From the IMG/VR virus record IMGVR_UViG_3300043112_000004, positions 1-34,776 of that record: a DNA stretch of 34,776 nt; one strand, 5' to 3'. Position 1 is the first letter of the stretch, and each line of letters begins with the position of its first letter. A program made the position numbers and the translations under genes. The stretch comes from a virus (taxonomy: Duplodnaviria; Caudoviricetes). Below, in pieces: positions 7,430 through 15,820 of this stretch. The notes under the pieces are model-generated. The model saw nothing but the letters and a program-made list of their open reading frames with translations, was not told the DNA's origin and ran no database searches.

Positions 7430-8188
7430 TTATTTCATCCTCTCAACTTTTTCTCTAGCTTTGCGCAATGCTTCTTCTGCTTTGGCTAGTTCTTCGAGTG
7501 CTTGGGTTTTTTCTTCATCTTCAGATTCCCAAACCAATTCAAAATGTTCCAAGTCAAATTGTCTCCTGCTTAAAAATACATAAATTGCAGTTCTTTTCTT
7601 TGGTTTGTATACCTTAACAAAATCTAATCCACCATTGTGGTCGAGGCTTCCTAGTTCGCCAATCGAATCAAGCGAATCCCAACCTTGGTCTTTATAAATA
7701 ATTGCATTGCCTACAATCATTCCTTGCAATCCTCTTTTTGTTTCAACTACCATTCCGCTTTCCAAGTCTTTTTTACCAAACATTTCTTTAACCTCCTCGA
7801 ATACCCAACCATATTCGTTAATAGCTTCGCTTATTGCTTTTTGATACCATCCAGAATCACCAATACACGGTTCGTTTGCATAACGCCCAGGTATTACTTC
7901 ATAAACTTCTCCCTCTTTAAAATCTTCTGCAAAATCATAGTGTAAATTAGACCCTTCCTTAACACATCTCAATTTCATTCCTTCTCTTAGTTTCATTTCT
8001 TCTCCTTTCACTTCTTCAAATTTGCAATAATATTCAGCGCAAACAAGGAAAATCGCTCTTCCACAGTCATCTTCTATTGCATTTGCTGGTTCAAATCCAC
8101 GTTCACCATTATAAAGTTTGAAAACGTTATAAATCTTTCCTTTCGTGTAATGCGAACAGCCAAAATTATCTACACATCTTACTTTCAC
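7430..8188 (-). CDS. Moron-encoded hypothetical protein built of three small beta (SH3/KOW-like) modules
   Basis: Own promoter and AAGGAG RBS; modules begin MKVRCV, MKLREGMKLRCV and MFGKKDLESGMVVET. Confidence 0.7.
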   Translation of the reverse strand: MKVRCVDNFGCSHYTKGKIYNVFKLYNGERGFEPANAIEDDCGRAIFLVCAEYYCKFEEVKGEEMKLREGMKLRCVKEGSNLHYDFAEDFKEGEVYEVIPGRYANEPCIGDSGWYQKAISEAINEYGWVFEEVKEMFGKKDLESGMVVETKRGLQGMIVGNAIIYKDQGWDSLDSIGELGSLDHNGGLDFVKVYKPKKRTAIYVFLSRRQFDLEHFELVWESEDEEKTQALEELAKAEEALRKAREKVERMK

Positions 8189-8209
8189 AAAATCACTCCT
8201 TTTTCTTTT

Positions 8210-8238
8210 ATTCTATCATACTATTTAAATTTTGTCAA
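8210..8238 (-). promoter_or_regulatory. sigmaA-type promoter of the moron
   Basis: TTGACA-17 nt-TAGAAT with extended TG. Confidence 0.85.
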
Positions 8239-8240
8239 AT

Positions 8241-8263
8241 AAAAAAGAGGGTTATTCACCCTC
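8241..8263 (-). terminator. Terminator after portal
   Basis: GAGGGT-GAATA-ACCCTC followed by TTTTTT. Confidence 0.7.
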
Positions 8264-9646
8264 TAATAGTTGTATCGGTCTTTCTTCTTCTAGCTTCTTG
8301 ATTTCTAATTGCACATCACTAACATATGGATGTTTTGCAAGCAATGTCTCTTGCGACAATGTACCTTGTGACTTCAGAAGATTCTCGATGATTTCAGTCT
8401 CATTAAACAGCATGGAAAAGTCAAAAGTGATCTTCAAGTCTTTGTAATTATAGGTTGTATTGTCTCTGCCGTTGATAAATTCGACGACGAACCAAAGAAA
8501 TTCTTCAATGGCTGCATCAAGGTAAGTAACCGTTCTGCGTGCTTTTAAGTCTAGGCCTACATAATGCGCCTTGATTGCCACGTTGGTAAGGCTCCCGCCC
8601 GCTAGTTCTGACACGTTGACGCCTTGCCCAATTGAGTAAATTTGTTTGACGCAGTATTCCATGAGTGCCGCTCTGGCTTCTTTTGGAATGTCCATTGTTT
8701 TAGGCTCTGCCGCACCATCTTCATCTAACTTGATAGCCTTAAACTGCATCAGATTAGTCATGAACTCCTGCAGGCTTTCGCCATCATAGCCTTTTAATAC
8801 CCAAATAGCCAATTGAACATCTTTCAAGTCGTTGATGAATCCAGACGTTACCAAGTCGAGTGCATCAATGTAATTCTTAATAGGCTGAAGGTCGGTTTTC
8901 ATCTTGGCGTTGTTCTTCACTTGGATAACAGGAACCTTGCCCCACGAATGCGGCTCTAGTCCGGTTTCTTCTAGTTCGCCAATGTCTTTTCGTGTGTCGT
9001 ATTCATACCAGTGATACCGAGGATTTAGCGGCACGTCCTCAATACTTCCAGGAATCACCCATTCATAGCCTTTGTCAGTCTCCATGTAGTAAGTGGTCTT
9101 TTCGTCGTCAATCACTTCAACTCTGTATCGGTGCTTTTCTTTGCCACCTTCAACCACAACCACTGGATAGTATCTGATAGCTTGCACGGTCATTTTTTCC
9201 TGTTGGTCTTTAACGAAAATAAGTTCAGTGCCGTCAATTCGTGTATAGGCAAACTCTCCATCTTCGTCTATATAAGCCATTAGGCCGCAATAACCTTGGT
9301 TAGCAACGTCTGTTACCAACTCTGCCATTTCACGCTGGAACGGCTTACCCAACAATTCGTTCACCTTTTCTTCAAGTTGGGCATCTTCAGAAGAAATTAC
9401 AATAGGCTTGCTAGTAATGTATGATTGCTTTTGTTCAACCAACATCGTATGAAAAGGATTCACCATTTTTTCATTTGACTTCATGTAGTCGGTTTTTCTG
9501 ATGCCTTTAACAAAATACTCTCTGAAGTCTCGCTTTAAAATATCGTGTTTCTCGTCATAATAGCGAATGCCAGCTTTTGCACGAATCGTCTGCAATGAAT
9601 TGATGTGTGTTTCGATTAAATCTTTTAGAATCTCATTGTACGCCAT
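8252..9646 (-). CDS. Portal protein (SPP1 gp6-like)
   Basis: YYDEKHDIL, HSWGKVPVI, LSQETLLAKHPYVSD motifs; follows terminase. Confidence 0.92.
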   Translation of the reverse strand: MAYNEILKDLIETHINSLQTIRAKAGIRYYDEKHDILKRDFREYFVKGIRKTDYMKSNEKMVNPFHTMLVEQKQSYITSKPIVISSEDAQLEEKVNELLGKPFQREMAELVTDVANQGYCGLMAYIDEDGEFAYTRIDGTELIFVKDQQEKMTVQAIRYYPVVVVEGGKEKHRYRVEVIDDEKTTYYMETDKGYEWVIPGSIEDVPLNPRYHWYEYDTRKDIGELEETGLEPHSWGKVPVIQVKNNAKMKTDLQPIKNYIDALDLVTSGFINDLKDVQLAIWVLKGYDGESLQEFMTNLMQFKAIKLDEDGAAEPKTMDIPKEARAALMEYCVKQIYSIGQGVNVSELAGGSLTNVAIKAHYVGLDLKARRTVTYLDAAIEEFLWFVVEFINGRDNTTYNYKDLKITFDFSMLFNETEIIENLLKSQGTLSQETLLAKHPYVSDVQLEIKKLEEERPIQLLEGE

Positions 9647-9655
9647 GTTTACCCC

Positions 9656-10900
9656 CTATCGTAATGTGGTCACGCCAGTTCTATCGGCTTTCTCTGTGGC
9701 GTACCTTGTTGCATCTATTGTATGGTTGTCCTTATCGGCTAACCTTGACAATACATTTCCATCTCTGTCTGTGTCATAATCAATCGCTTCAAACTCTCTC
9801 GCAACATTAGGTGTCCGCTTGTGGTCTATGACTATCGCTTCTAAATCATCAAGCCATTTCTCACCAAACTCAACGGAACCAGGGCCTTTTCTAGCCTTCT
9901 TAATTCTCACACCGTATGTTTTCATTTCTGCAATAGACTTGGGTTCCGCAGAGTCGGCGATAATCATGTCATGCTCATAGCCTTTTCGGATAATCTTTTG
10001 TGCTGCTTCACGGTTCGACATCTTAACGCCGAATATCTCGTCAATGAAATATAGAATACGTCTCGTCTTATCGTAGTGCATCCTGACATATGCAAAAGGG
10101 TCAGCTGCATATCCCCAGTCAATACCGCATAGTATGTTATCAAATGAGTCAATCTCTTCTTGCGATATGCGCCTAAACTGCAGGTTTTGGAAAGGCACAA
10201 TGCCAGATCCAATTGGCTTGCCTAGATATTCCCATTCATACCTTTGCTTGTTATTCTCTTTGGTATGCTCAATTTCCTCTAGCATTTGCTTGGATATATA
10301 CGGGTTGTCCAAGTAAGTAGACGAATGAACGTAAGTATTATTCTGAATAAATTGGCTTTCATACTTCTTATTAAGCCAGTGCGTTCTTCTCTTCGGTGGG
10401 TTGTACGACAGAAAGACCTTATATGACAAGCCCTCTAATTCCGCCCTTACAATTGAGTTGACAATCGTCGTGATACCCTCTTCTGTTTTAAACTCTGCAG
10501 CTTCTTCAATCCACAGGTCTGTAATTGGATAGTCAGCAGTCTTGATTGACTTAATCTTTGTCGGATCGTCAGCACCAAAGAATAATATCTTTGCCCCCGT
10601 GGGCTTATATATTAACTCTAGCGGGCTTTTCTTTGCTCGCCAGTATTGGTCTACCCCTAGATAGTTAATCGCCCATAAGCATTGCTCGTAGACTGATTTT
10701 TCAAGGTACTTCCCGTATTTCCGCATTGCCAATGCATGGCTTTTATATTTCATTCTATTAAAGACTAGCTTTAGACTGATGTGAGACGACTTAGAGGATC
10801 CCCGTCCACCCTTTAATACAAAGTATAAATAAGGCTCTCTTTCAGCTTTCCAGAAATCATGAAACGAAGGCAAGACTTTTTCACTTGTCTTGATTCTCAT
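9656..10900 (-). CDS. terL: Terminase large subunit (PBSX family)
   Basis: Walker A GGRGSSKS, WIEEAAE, SYNPP, GIDWG, ADSAEPKSI, DNHTIDATRYA. Confidence 0.95.
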   Translation of the reverse strand: MRIKTSEKVLPSFHDFWKAEREPYLYFVLKGGRGSSKSSHISLKLVFNRMKYKSHALAMRKYGKYLEKSVYEQCLWAINYLGVDQYWRAKKSPLELIYKPTGAKILFFGADDPTKIKSIKTADYPITDLWIEEAAEFKTEEGITTIVNSIVRAELEGLSYKVFLSYNPPKRRTHWLNKKYESQFIQNNTYVHSSTYLDNPYISKQMLEEIEHTKENNKQRYEWEYLGKPIGSGIVPFQNLQFRRISQEEIDSFDNILCGIDWGYAADPFAYVRMHYDKTRRILYFIDEIFGVKMSNREAAQKIIRKGYEHDMIIADSAEPKSIAEMKTYGVRIKKARKGPGSVEFGEKWLDDLEAIVIDHKRTPNVAREFEAIDYDTDRDGNVLSRLADKDNHTIDATRYATEKADRTGVTTLR

Positions 10901-11262
10901 TATAAATCATCCTCGATGGTTACGCCTAGATTTACATTCTGGTTCGAATTGTCGGTAAATGCCGCATATCTCTTGCCTAGTAACTCGGCCGCTCTAATCC
11001 TGTCACTTCTCTTTGAGTCTTCATCATGCATTGATTCGGTTAGAAACTCAAGCACATCATCAAGCGAAGCAATCCTACCATTCTCCCTTTCCGCAAGGCG
11101 TGATTGAATGTAGTCAGCTATATAAGGTTTATTTAAGTTCTCATTCCCTATAACCGACGCTGTTTTTTTGCTATAGCCAGCTTTTATAGCCGCTTCCGTA
11201 GCATTAAGCGATATAAGGTAGAAATCGCAAAAAGCCTTCTGTTTAGGCGTTAGCTTTTTCAT
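10900..11262 (-). CDS. terS: Terminase small subunit
   Basis: LTPKQKAFCDFY...NATEAAIKAGYSKKTA...ENL, AAELLGKRY. Confidence 0.95.
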   Translation of the reverse strand: MKKLTPKQKAFCDFYLISLNATEAAIKAGYSKKTASVIGNENLNKPYIADYIQSRLAERENGRIASLDDVLEFLTESMHDEDSKRSDRIRAAELLGKRYAAFTDNSNQNVNLGVTIEDDL

Positions 11263-11280
11263 GTCATCACCCCTCTATTA

Positions 11281-11320
11281 ATTATAGCATAAAAAAAGAA
11301 GACCCCGTTAGGAGTCTCCC
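11281..11320 (-). promoter_or_regulatory. Terminator hairpin/T-tract fused to extended -10 (TGCTATAAT), copy 2, upstream of terS
   Basis: GGAGACTCC-TAAC-GGGGTCTTC, T7, ATGCTATAAT; shared 29-mer with 7160-7188. Confidence 0.6.
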
Positions 11321-11358
11321 AAAAAAGAAAGAAAGAAGGAAGAAGGTGTTTCCACCCA

Positions 11359-11434
11359 TGGCGGGAATTGATGGACTTGAACCATCGACACTCTGGTTAA
11401 CAGCCAGACGCTCTTCCATCTGAGCTAAACTCCC
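11359..11434 (-). tRNA. tRNA-Asn(GTT)
   Basis: 76-nt cloverleaf: acceptor GGGAGTT/AATTCCC, D arm GCTC/GAGC, anticodon loop CTGTTAA, T loop TTCAAGT, G73, encoded CCA. Confidence 0.95.
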
Positions 11435-11439
11435 ATATG

Positions 11440-11574
11440 TTGCCGCGTTTATAAGAATTGGCACGCGGCAAGCCAAAGTAGTAGTCTACCAACCAGCTTG
11501 TACTCGCACAATACAAGCACCAGGAATTGGCGTTCCTGTTTTGTCTAAGTCGCCAAACTTAGACGATTTTGGTG
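11440..11574 (-). ncRNA. Putative structured RNA (four hairpins with complementary loops) upstream of the tRNA
   Basis: Stems GTCTAAGT/ACTTAGAC, CAGGAA/TTCCTG, GCTTGTA/TACAAGC, TTGCCGCGT/ACGCGGCAA; loops UUGGCG and CGCCAA are complementary. Confidence 0.5.
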
Positions 11575-11577
11575 ATT

Positions 11578-11724
11578 TTACGTTGATTCCATCTGCTGTC
11601 TTGGCAAACTTTCTTCCAGTTTAATTTTTAGTTCAGTATATGAAATCTGCCCTTGCAGCATGTCGCTAGTCGCTAGGTTTGTCTTGATAACCTCATAGTC
11701 TTTGCCTTCTATTCTAACCTTCAT
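11578..11724 (-). CDS. 48-aa hypothetical protein
   Basis: AAGGAGGT RBS; MKVRIEGKDYEVIKTNLATSDMLQGQISYTELKIKLEESLPRQQMEST. Confidence 0.6.
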   Translation of the reverse strand: MKVRIEGKDYEVIKTNLATSDMLQGQISYTELKIKLEESLPRQQMEST

Positions 11725-12574
11725 TGTTTACCTCCTTGATGTAATCGCGCAATTGGAAATAAGCACTTTTTAGATTATCGTTAATGATTTGCTTATCTAT
11801 TTGTGGCATATATTCACCAAAGCGCTCACAATCTTCTTTTTCTCTGGTTTCAAACTCTGTATCCGTGATTTCAGGTTCCCTGCCCACTCTACGCATCATT
11901 CTGTCAAACTTATCTGCGCCAACGAACACAGACTTAACGATGCCATTGTAATTTTCTTTCAGGCTTTCGTATCCCTTGGTGTCGCATACAAAGATATTGA
12001 TACCTTCTTCAATCTGATCTTCGTGTAGACCATACCAATATTTACCCGTTTGACTAGTCTCTAAATAATGGCCATGTCGAATAAAATAATCAAAGTCCAT
12101 TTCATCTAAGAATGAATAGTCGTTCTGATCTTCACCTTTTCTCGGTGGTCTAGTGGTGTCGCTAATGCACCTGTGCGCTCCTAGAAACCTTTCGCATAGT
12201 TTGGCAAGCGTATCTTTACCTGATGCCTGATAGCCCATTAGACAGATTACAATTGATTTCTTTTTAAGTGGGTATTCTTCCTGTGTCAATACAGGCATTC
12301 CTTTTTCTTCAGCATAAGCCTTTTCTCTAGTTGCGCCTTCCGATTCTTCCCAACCATCAAGCATTAATACTTCGTCGCATTGGTCAAGCAAAGCCAAGCA
12401 TTTTTTGAATCCTGCTTCATAGTCCATGTGCGTGTAACAATCACCAAATGCCAATACAGGGCTTAGAAACGTGATGTGCGGGTAAACCTCATTTAGCTTA
12501 CCCACCGTTTCAATAGCTTTCTTCTCGTTTTCTTCAAGCCCGCCATAGGCTTGCGCCACATATACTTTTTTCAT
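11714..12574 (-). CDS. Fusion: nucleoside-deoxyribosyltransferase-like (DUF4406-type) domain plus guanylate kinase-like domain
   Basis: N-terminal VYVA...SP...LLDQCDEVLMLDGWEESEGATRE; C-terminal P-loop GYQASGKDT, TTRPPRKGE...DYSF, YWYG. Confidence 0.8.
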   Translation of the reverse strand: MKKVYVAQAYGGLEENEKKAIETVGKLNEVYPHITFLSPVLAFGDCYTHMDYEAGFKKCLALLDQCDEVLMLDGWEESEGATREKAYAEEKGMPVLTQEEYPLKKKSIVICLMGYQASGKDTLAKLCERFLGAHRCISDTTRPPRKGEDQNDYSFLDEMDFDYFIRHGHYLETSQTGKYWYGLHEDQIEEGINIFVCDTKGYESLKENYNGIVKSVFVGADKFDRMMRRVGREPEITDTEFETREKEDCERFGEYMPQIDKQIINDNLKSAYFQLRDYIKEVNNEG

Positions 12575-12584
12575 TCTTCCTCCT

Positions 12585-12746
12585 TTATTTAAACAAAATC
12601 ACAAGCGCAATAATACCCCCGATAAATCCAATTAAATCTGCGCCAGTCGCTTCGCCCGTTTTACCTTCTTTTGCAAAAATTACGCTAGTAAAACAACCTT
12701 TGAAGAATAACATTGCAAAAAACACGATACCTATAATTTTAATCAT
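12585..12746 (-). CDS. 53-aa membrane protein
   Basis: MIKIIGIVFFAMLFFKGCFTSVIFAKEGKTGEATGADLIGFIGGIIALVILFK; ATGA overlap with upstream gene. Confidence 0.55.
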   Translation of the reverse strand: MIKIIGIVFFAMLFFKGCFTSVIFAKEGKTGEATGADLIGFIGGIIALVILFK

Positions 12747-12937
12747 GCTTCCACCCCTTCCAAATAAATCAACTCAAATTTTTCTCCATCGTTTTTATTA
12801 ACCATAAACAGTGAATAGCCTTCTTTGGTCTTTTGCAGCTTGCCATTTTCATATACGGTCACAATATCGCCTTTTATTAGCTTTTTAAGACTTGACCTAT
12901 GGAATTTACCATTCTTGTATTTCCTATACTCTCTCAA
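12743..12937 (-). CDS. Hypothetical protein
   Basis: Tightly packed ORF with 4-nt overlaps at both ends. Confidence 0.55.
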   Translation of the reverse strand: MREYRKYKNGKFHRSSLKKLIKGDIVTVYENGKLQKTKEGYSLFMVNKNDGEKFELIYLEGVEA

Positions 12938-13386
12938 TCTCCCTGCCTTTCAACCAATGCCAAAATCGCATATCCAGCAATGTCCATCAATGTATCGTCG
13001 ATGCTCTCAAAGTTTGGTTCTTTGCCTTTAACAAGATTCTTCAATCTCTCAACCTTGTCATTCAACCTAATGGCTACGCTTGTCATTCCAAACTCTTTGT
13101 AGGATTTGCTAAACGCCGAATCATAGTCTTTGTCTTTCCTCTCTAGCAATTCAGCAATGTCTAAGCATTGTTTTTTAACGCCAGATACAATTACCGTTTT
13201 CATTTCTTCTACTAATTCAAGTTGGCTTTCTTCCATATAACGTCCACGCTTTCTAAAACTAACAAATGGCAGGTTCTCGTTATACTTCTCAATAACTCCT
13301 GTATCACCAACCAATATGCCTACAGTTTCGTCAAATCCATCTAACCAAGTTACCTTCACTTTGTCACCTATTTTAAACTTTGCCAT
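12934..13386 (-). CDS. KOW/SH3-like domain plus DUF1599 (nucleotide-modification-associated domain 1)
   Basis: KFKIGDKVKV N-terminus; LLERKDKDYDSAFSKSYKEFG...RLNDKVERL...ESIDDTLMDIAGYAILAL. Confidence 0.8.
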   Translation of the reverse strand: MAKFKIGDKVKVTWLDGFDETVGILVGDTGVIEKYNENLPFVSFRKRGRYMEESQLELVEEMKTVIVSGVKKQCLDIAELLERKDKDYDSAFSKSYKEFGMTSVAIRLNDKVERLKNLVKGKEPNFESIDDTLMDIAGYAILALVERQGD

Positions 13387-14460
13387 TTATTCCGCCTTCC
13401 TCGTCTCATAACATTTAATCATTTCAGGCTTGAATTTAAGAATTGTGCCATCGTCTGCGACCTCTAATTCAACAAGCCACGCGCCAACGTGGGAAGCGAT
13501 CCTCTTACCCCTCATGAAGTCTGTTTGCATTTCAGTTGTTCCAGCTTCTAAAATATGAATGTTTCTGTACTCCATGTAAAACAATTTGTGGTGGTGGCCG
13601 TTAATTAGGATATTCGGCTTCTTTCCACCTTCCATAGAGTCTGCATACTTCTGCGCTGAATAACTCAAAGCGTATGACGACCCGTCCCCTGGATGATTGA
13701 TTTCCATCACGCAGTTAGGAGTCAAGAACACTTTCGCATTGTTAAGGCCTAAATGAATCATGTCGTCTCTGCGGTTAGCAATAGCCTTGCCAATGTCTGC
13801 TCCGCCATTTCTTAGATGCGTAAAATCGTGATTCCCTGTGATGAAGTATGTTTTAAAGTCTCGTCTTGGATAGACTTCAGAAATGTAATCTACTTGTCTG
13901 TCGAATCCAATTGCTTCCGGCAGTAATTCATATACCTGCGTTGAACGGTTTGTATAATAGCCGTCCGAAATATCTCCCGCATGATAAACGCAATCAACAT
14001 TTTCTTCTTCGAAGTAATCATACAACTCATGCAAGAAATCAACTTGTGAAAACTTTGAACCTAGATGAGTGTCAGACACAATACCGAATTTAATCTTCTT
14101 GCCACTAAATTTCGCCTTATGAAAATTATCCATGTTTACATTTGTGTTCTTAGATAGCTTAATTGAAGTGCCTTCTTGCAAAATATTGTATTCTGCTTTT
14201 AACTCTTCTAAAAAGTCTACCACTTTCAAACCGTACTTAGCAATGTAGTAAGAAGTTTCTCGCTCTTTAACCAATTCCTTCAGGATCACATTTTTGTTAA
14301 TTTTGGCTTTTTTGACCATCTTGTCTAAGCCTTCTGCTTGACACCATGACTGTATGGTCCGATACTTTATGCCCGTTTCATCTTCAATCTCGCCATAAGT
14401 CATGCCTAGCTTGCGTAACTCTAAAGCCTTTGCCCTCGTTTCATCTGAATGTTTTTTCAT
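13387..14460 (-). CDS. HTH-containing calcineurin-like metallophosphoesterase
   Basis: SDTHLG, HAGDISDG, GNHD, GHHH motifs; N-terminal HTH (GMTYGEIEDETGIKYRTIQSW); start at MKKHS after GGAGG. Confidence 0.85.
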   Translation of the reverse strand: MKKHSDETRAKALELRKLGMTYGEIEDETGIKYRTIQSWCQAEGLDKMVKKAKINKNVILKELVKERETSYYIAKYGLKVVDFLEELKAEYNILQEGTSIKLSKNTNVNMDNFHKAKFSGKKIKFGIVSDTHLGSKFSQVDFLHELYDYFEEENVDCVYHAGDISDGYYTNRSTQVYELLPEAIGFDRQVDYISEVYPRRDFKTYFITGNHDFTHLRNGGADIGKAIANRRDDMIHLGLNNAKVFLTPNCVMEINHPGDGSSYALSYSAQKYADSMEGGKKPNILINGHHHKLFYMEYRNIHILEAGTTEMQTDFMRGKRIASHVGAWLVELEVADDGTILKFKPEMIKCYETRKAE

Positions 14461-14669
14461 GCTTCCTCCCATTTAATTTGTCCGGCTATTTCCGTTTCAA
14501 ACGGCTCGTCAATTTCTTCATCTGTTTCCACGGGGTATATTTCAAACTCCCTCATGCAATTAGAACAGAAATAAACGCCAGCATCTTCAAATTTTATCTT
14601 CCTTCCTTTGACCGTTCTTATTTTGCCTACTGTATTACTCCTTGCACATAACGGACAATGGATTGCCAT
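14457..14669 (-). CDS. Zinc-ribbon protein
   Basis: CPLC...YFCSNC. Confidence 0.65.
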   Translation of the reverse strand: MAIHCPLCARSNTVGKIRTVKGRKIKFEDAGVYFCSNCMREFEIYPVETDEEIDEPFETEIAGQIKWEEA

Positions 14670-14681
14670 GTTTTACCCCCT

Positions 14682-15044
14682 TCAAAACGGAATGGACTCA
14701 TCATTTACTTGTTGGAAATCGTCAAAGCTATCATTGCTTTGCTCTTGCTTTTGCATCTTTTCCAAAAACTCTACACGATCCGCAATAACGTCTGTGGTGT
14801 ACACCTTCTGACCGTTTTTTTCGTAGGATCCTGTCTTGATATGCCCTTCCACCAACACCTTTGAGCCTTTGCCTAAATAAGCTTGGCACAATTCCGCAGT
14901 CTTTCCAAATGCCACAACCCTGATGAAATCAGTGTCGTCTTTTTTGAATCCGTCAACCGCTAAAGTAAATTTAGCAACCATTGTTTGCCCTTGGCTTACA
15001 TACGGTTCTTTAGTTAATCGGCCAGTTCCGATCCACCTATTCAT
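14682..15044 (-). CDS. ssb: Single-stranded DNA-binding protein
   Basis: GRLTKEP, DFIRVVAFGKTAE, KGSKVLVEG, acidic tail ending IPF. Confidence 0.95.
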   Translation of the reverse strand: MNRWIGTGRLTKEPYVSQGQTMVAKFTLAVDGFKKDDTDFIRVVAFGKTAELCQAYLGKGSKVLVEGHIKTGSYEKNGQKVYTTDVIADRVEFLEKMQKQEQSNDSFDDFQQVNDESIPF

Positions 15045-15453
15045 GCAGTTTCCCTCCGTTCATCTTTCTAGTGTATGCAATCGCAAATCCAACTTGCTTA
15101 TCAAACTCATCATCTTTTGAGCAAACAGCTTCAGTTTGTGTGCCGTCAGACCATTTGATGATTGTCGTTTTTGTGCCATATAAAACTTCATTGATTTCGT
15201 TTCTTAATTTGTGATATTTTTTAATTTTTTTATCAGAAAGCCAAAGACTATCCGTGTTGTTCGAGTATTCGCCTTCTGCCAATTTAACAGCACTTTTTCC
15301 ATTATGTTTTCTAATACCGCAATTAGTTCCAAATTTTACAAGGTATTTAGGTTCGTCATTAAATGTTCCAATCGCAATAACTTTTCCAATTTCGCCAATG
15401 TTCTCATAATAATTATCAACAACTTTAACTATATCTCCAACTTTAAATTTCAT
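15037..15453 (-). CDS. Hypothetical protein (KOW-like N-terminus plus conserved phage domain)
   Basis: Start MKFKVGD after GAGGAGG; TIIKWSDGTQT...DDEFDKQVGFAIAY. Confidence 0.65.
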   Translation of the reverse strand: MKFKVGDIVKVVDNYYENIGEIGKVIAIGTFNDEPKYLVKFGTNCGIRKHNGKSAVKLAEGEYSNNTDSLWLSDKKIKKYHKLRNEINEVLYGTKTTIIKWSDGTQTEAVCSKDDEFDKQVGFAIAYTRKMNGGKLHE

Positions 15454-15463
15454 AATTTCCTCC

Positions 15464-15820
15464 TCATTGTCCACTTGAATTATACTCAATACCTAACCAT
15501 TTTAGAATAGCTTGTTCTCCACTCATTCCGTCTCTTGCGCTGTATATCAAAAACTTTTGCGCTTCTACCAAACCTTTTGCTGTGTCTCTTTCAAGCATCA
15601 ATTTTGCAACACTTTCGTTTCCTTTCGCTAAATCAGGAATTAAAGTCGCTTGCATTCCTTCGGCTTTTAATTGCAGTATCTTCTTTTCTTTTGCTATCCT
15701 GTATTCATATTCAGCCTGTGCTAATTCAATCTCTAATTGTTTAAACTCTTCATTCAATTCGGCAATTCTAGTCGAGTACGCTCTGATTTTTGCAATAACA
15801 TCATTAGGATTAAGGTTCAT
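15464..15820 (-). CDS. Coiled-coil hypothetical protein
   Basis: GGGAGG RBS; in recombination cluster. Confidence 0.65.
   Translation of the reverse strand: MNLNPNDVIAKIRAYSTRIAELNEEFKQLEIELAQAEYEYRIAKEKKILQLKAEGMQATLIPDLAKGNESVAKLMLERDTAKGLVEAQKFLIYSARDGMSGEQAILKWLGIEYNSSGQ

Noticed and set aside
11320-11358. Theta/HDV-like ribozyme 3' of the tRNA
   Set aside because: Only a short GGTG-GAAA-CACC hairpin and a pyrimidine tract; no nested double pseudoknot, and CCA is already encoded
11282-11476. 64-aa ORF
   Set aside because: Overlaps tRNA-Asn and a terminator; spurious
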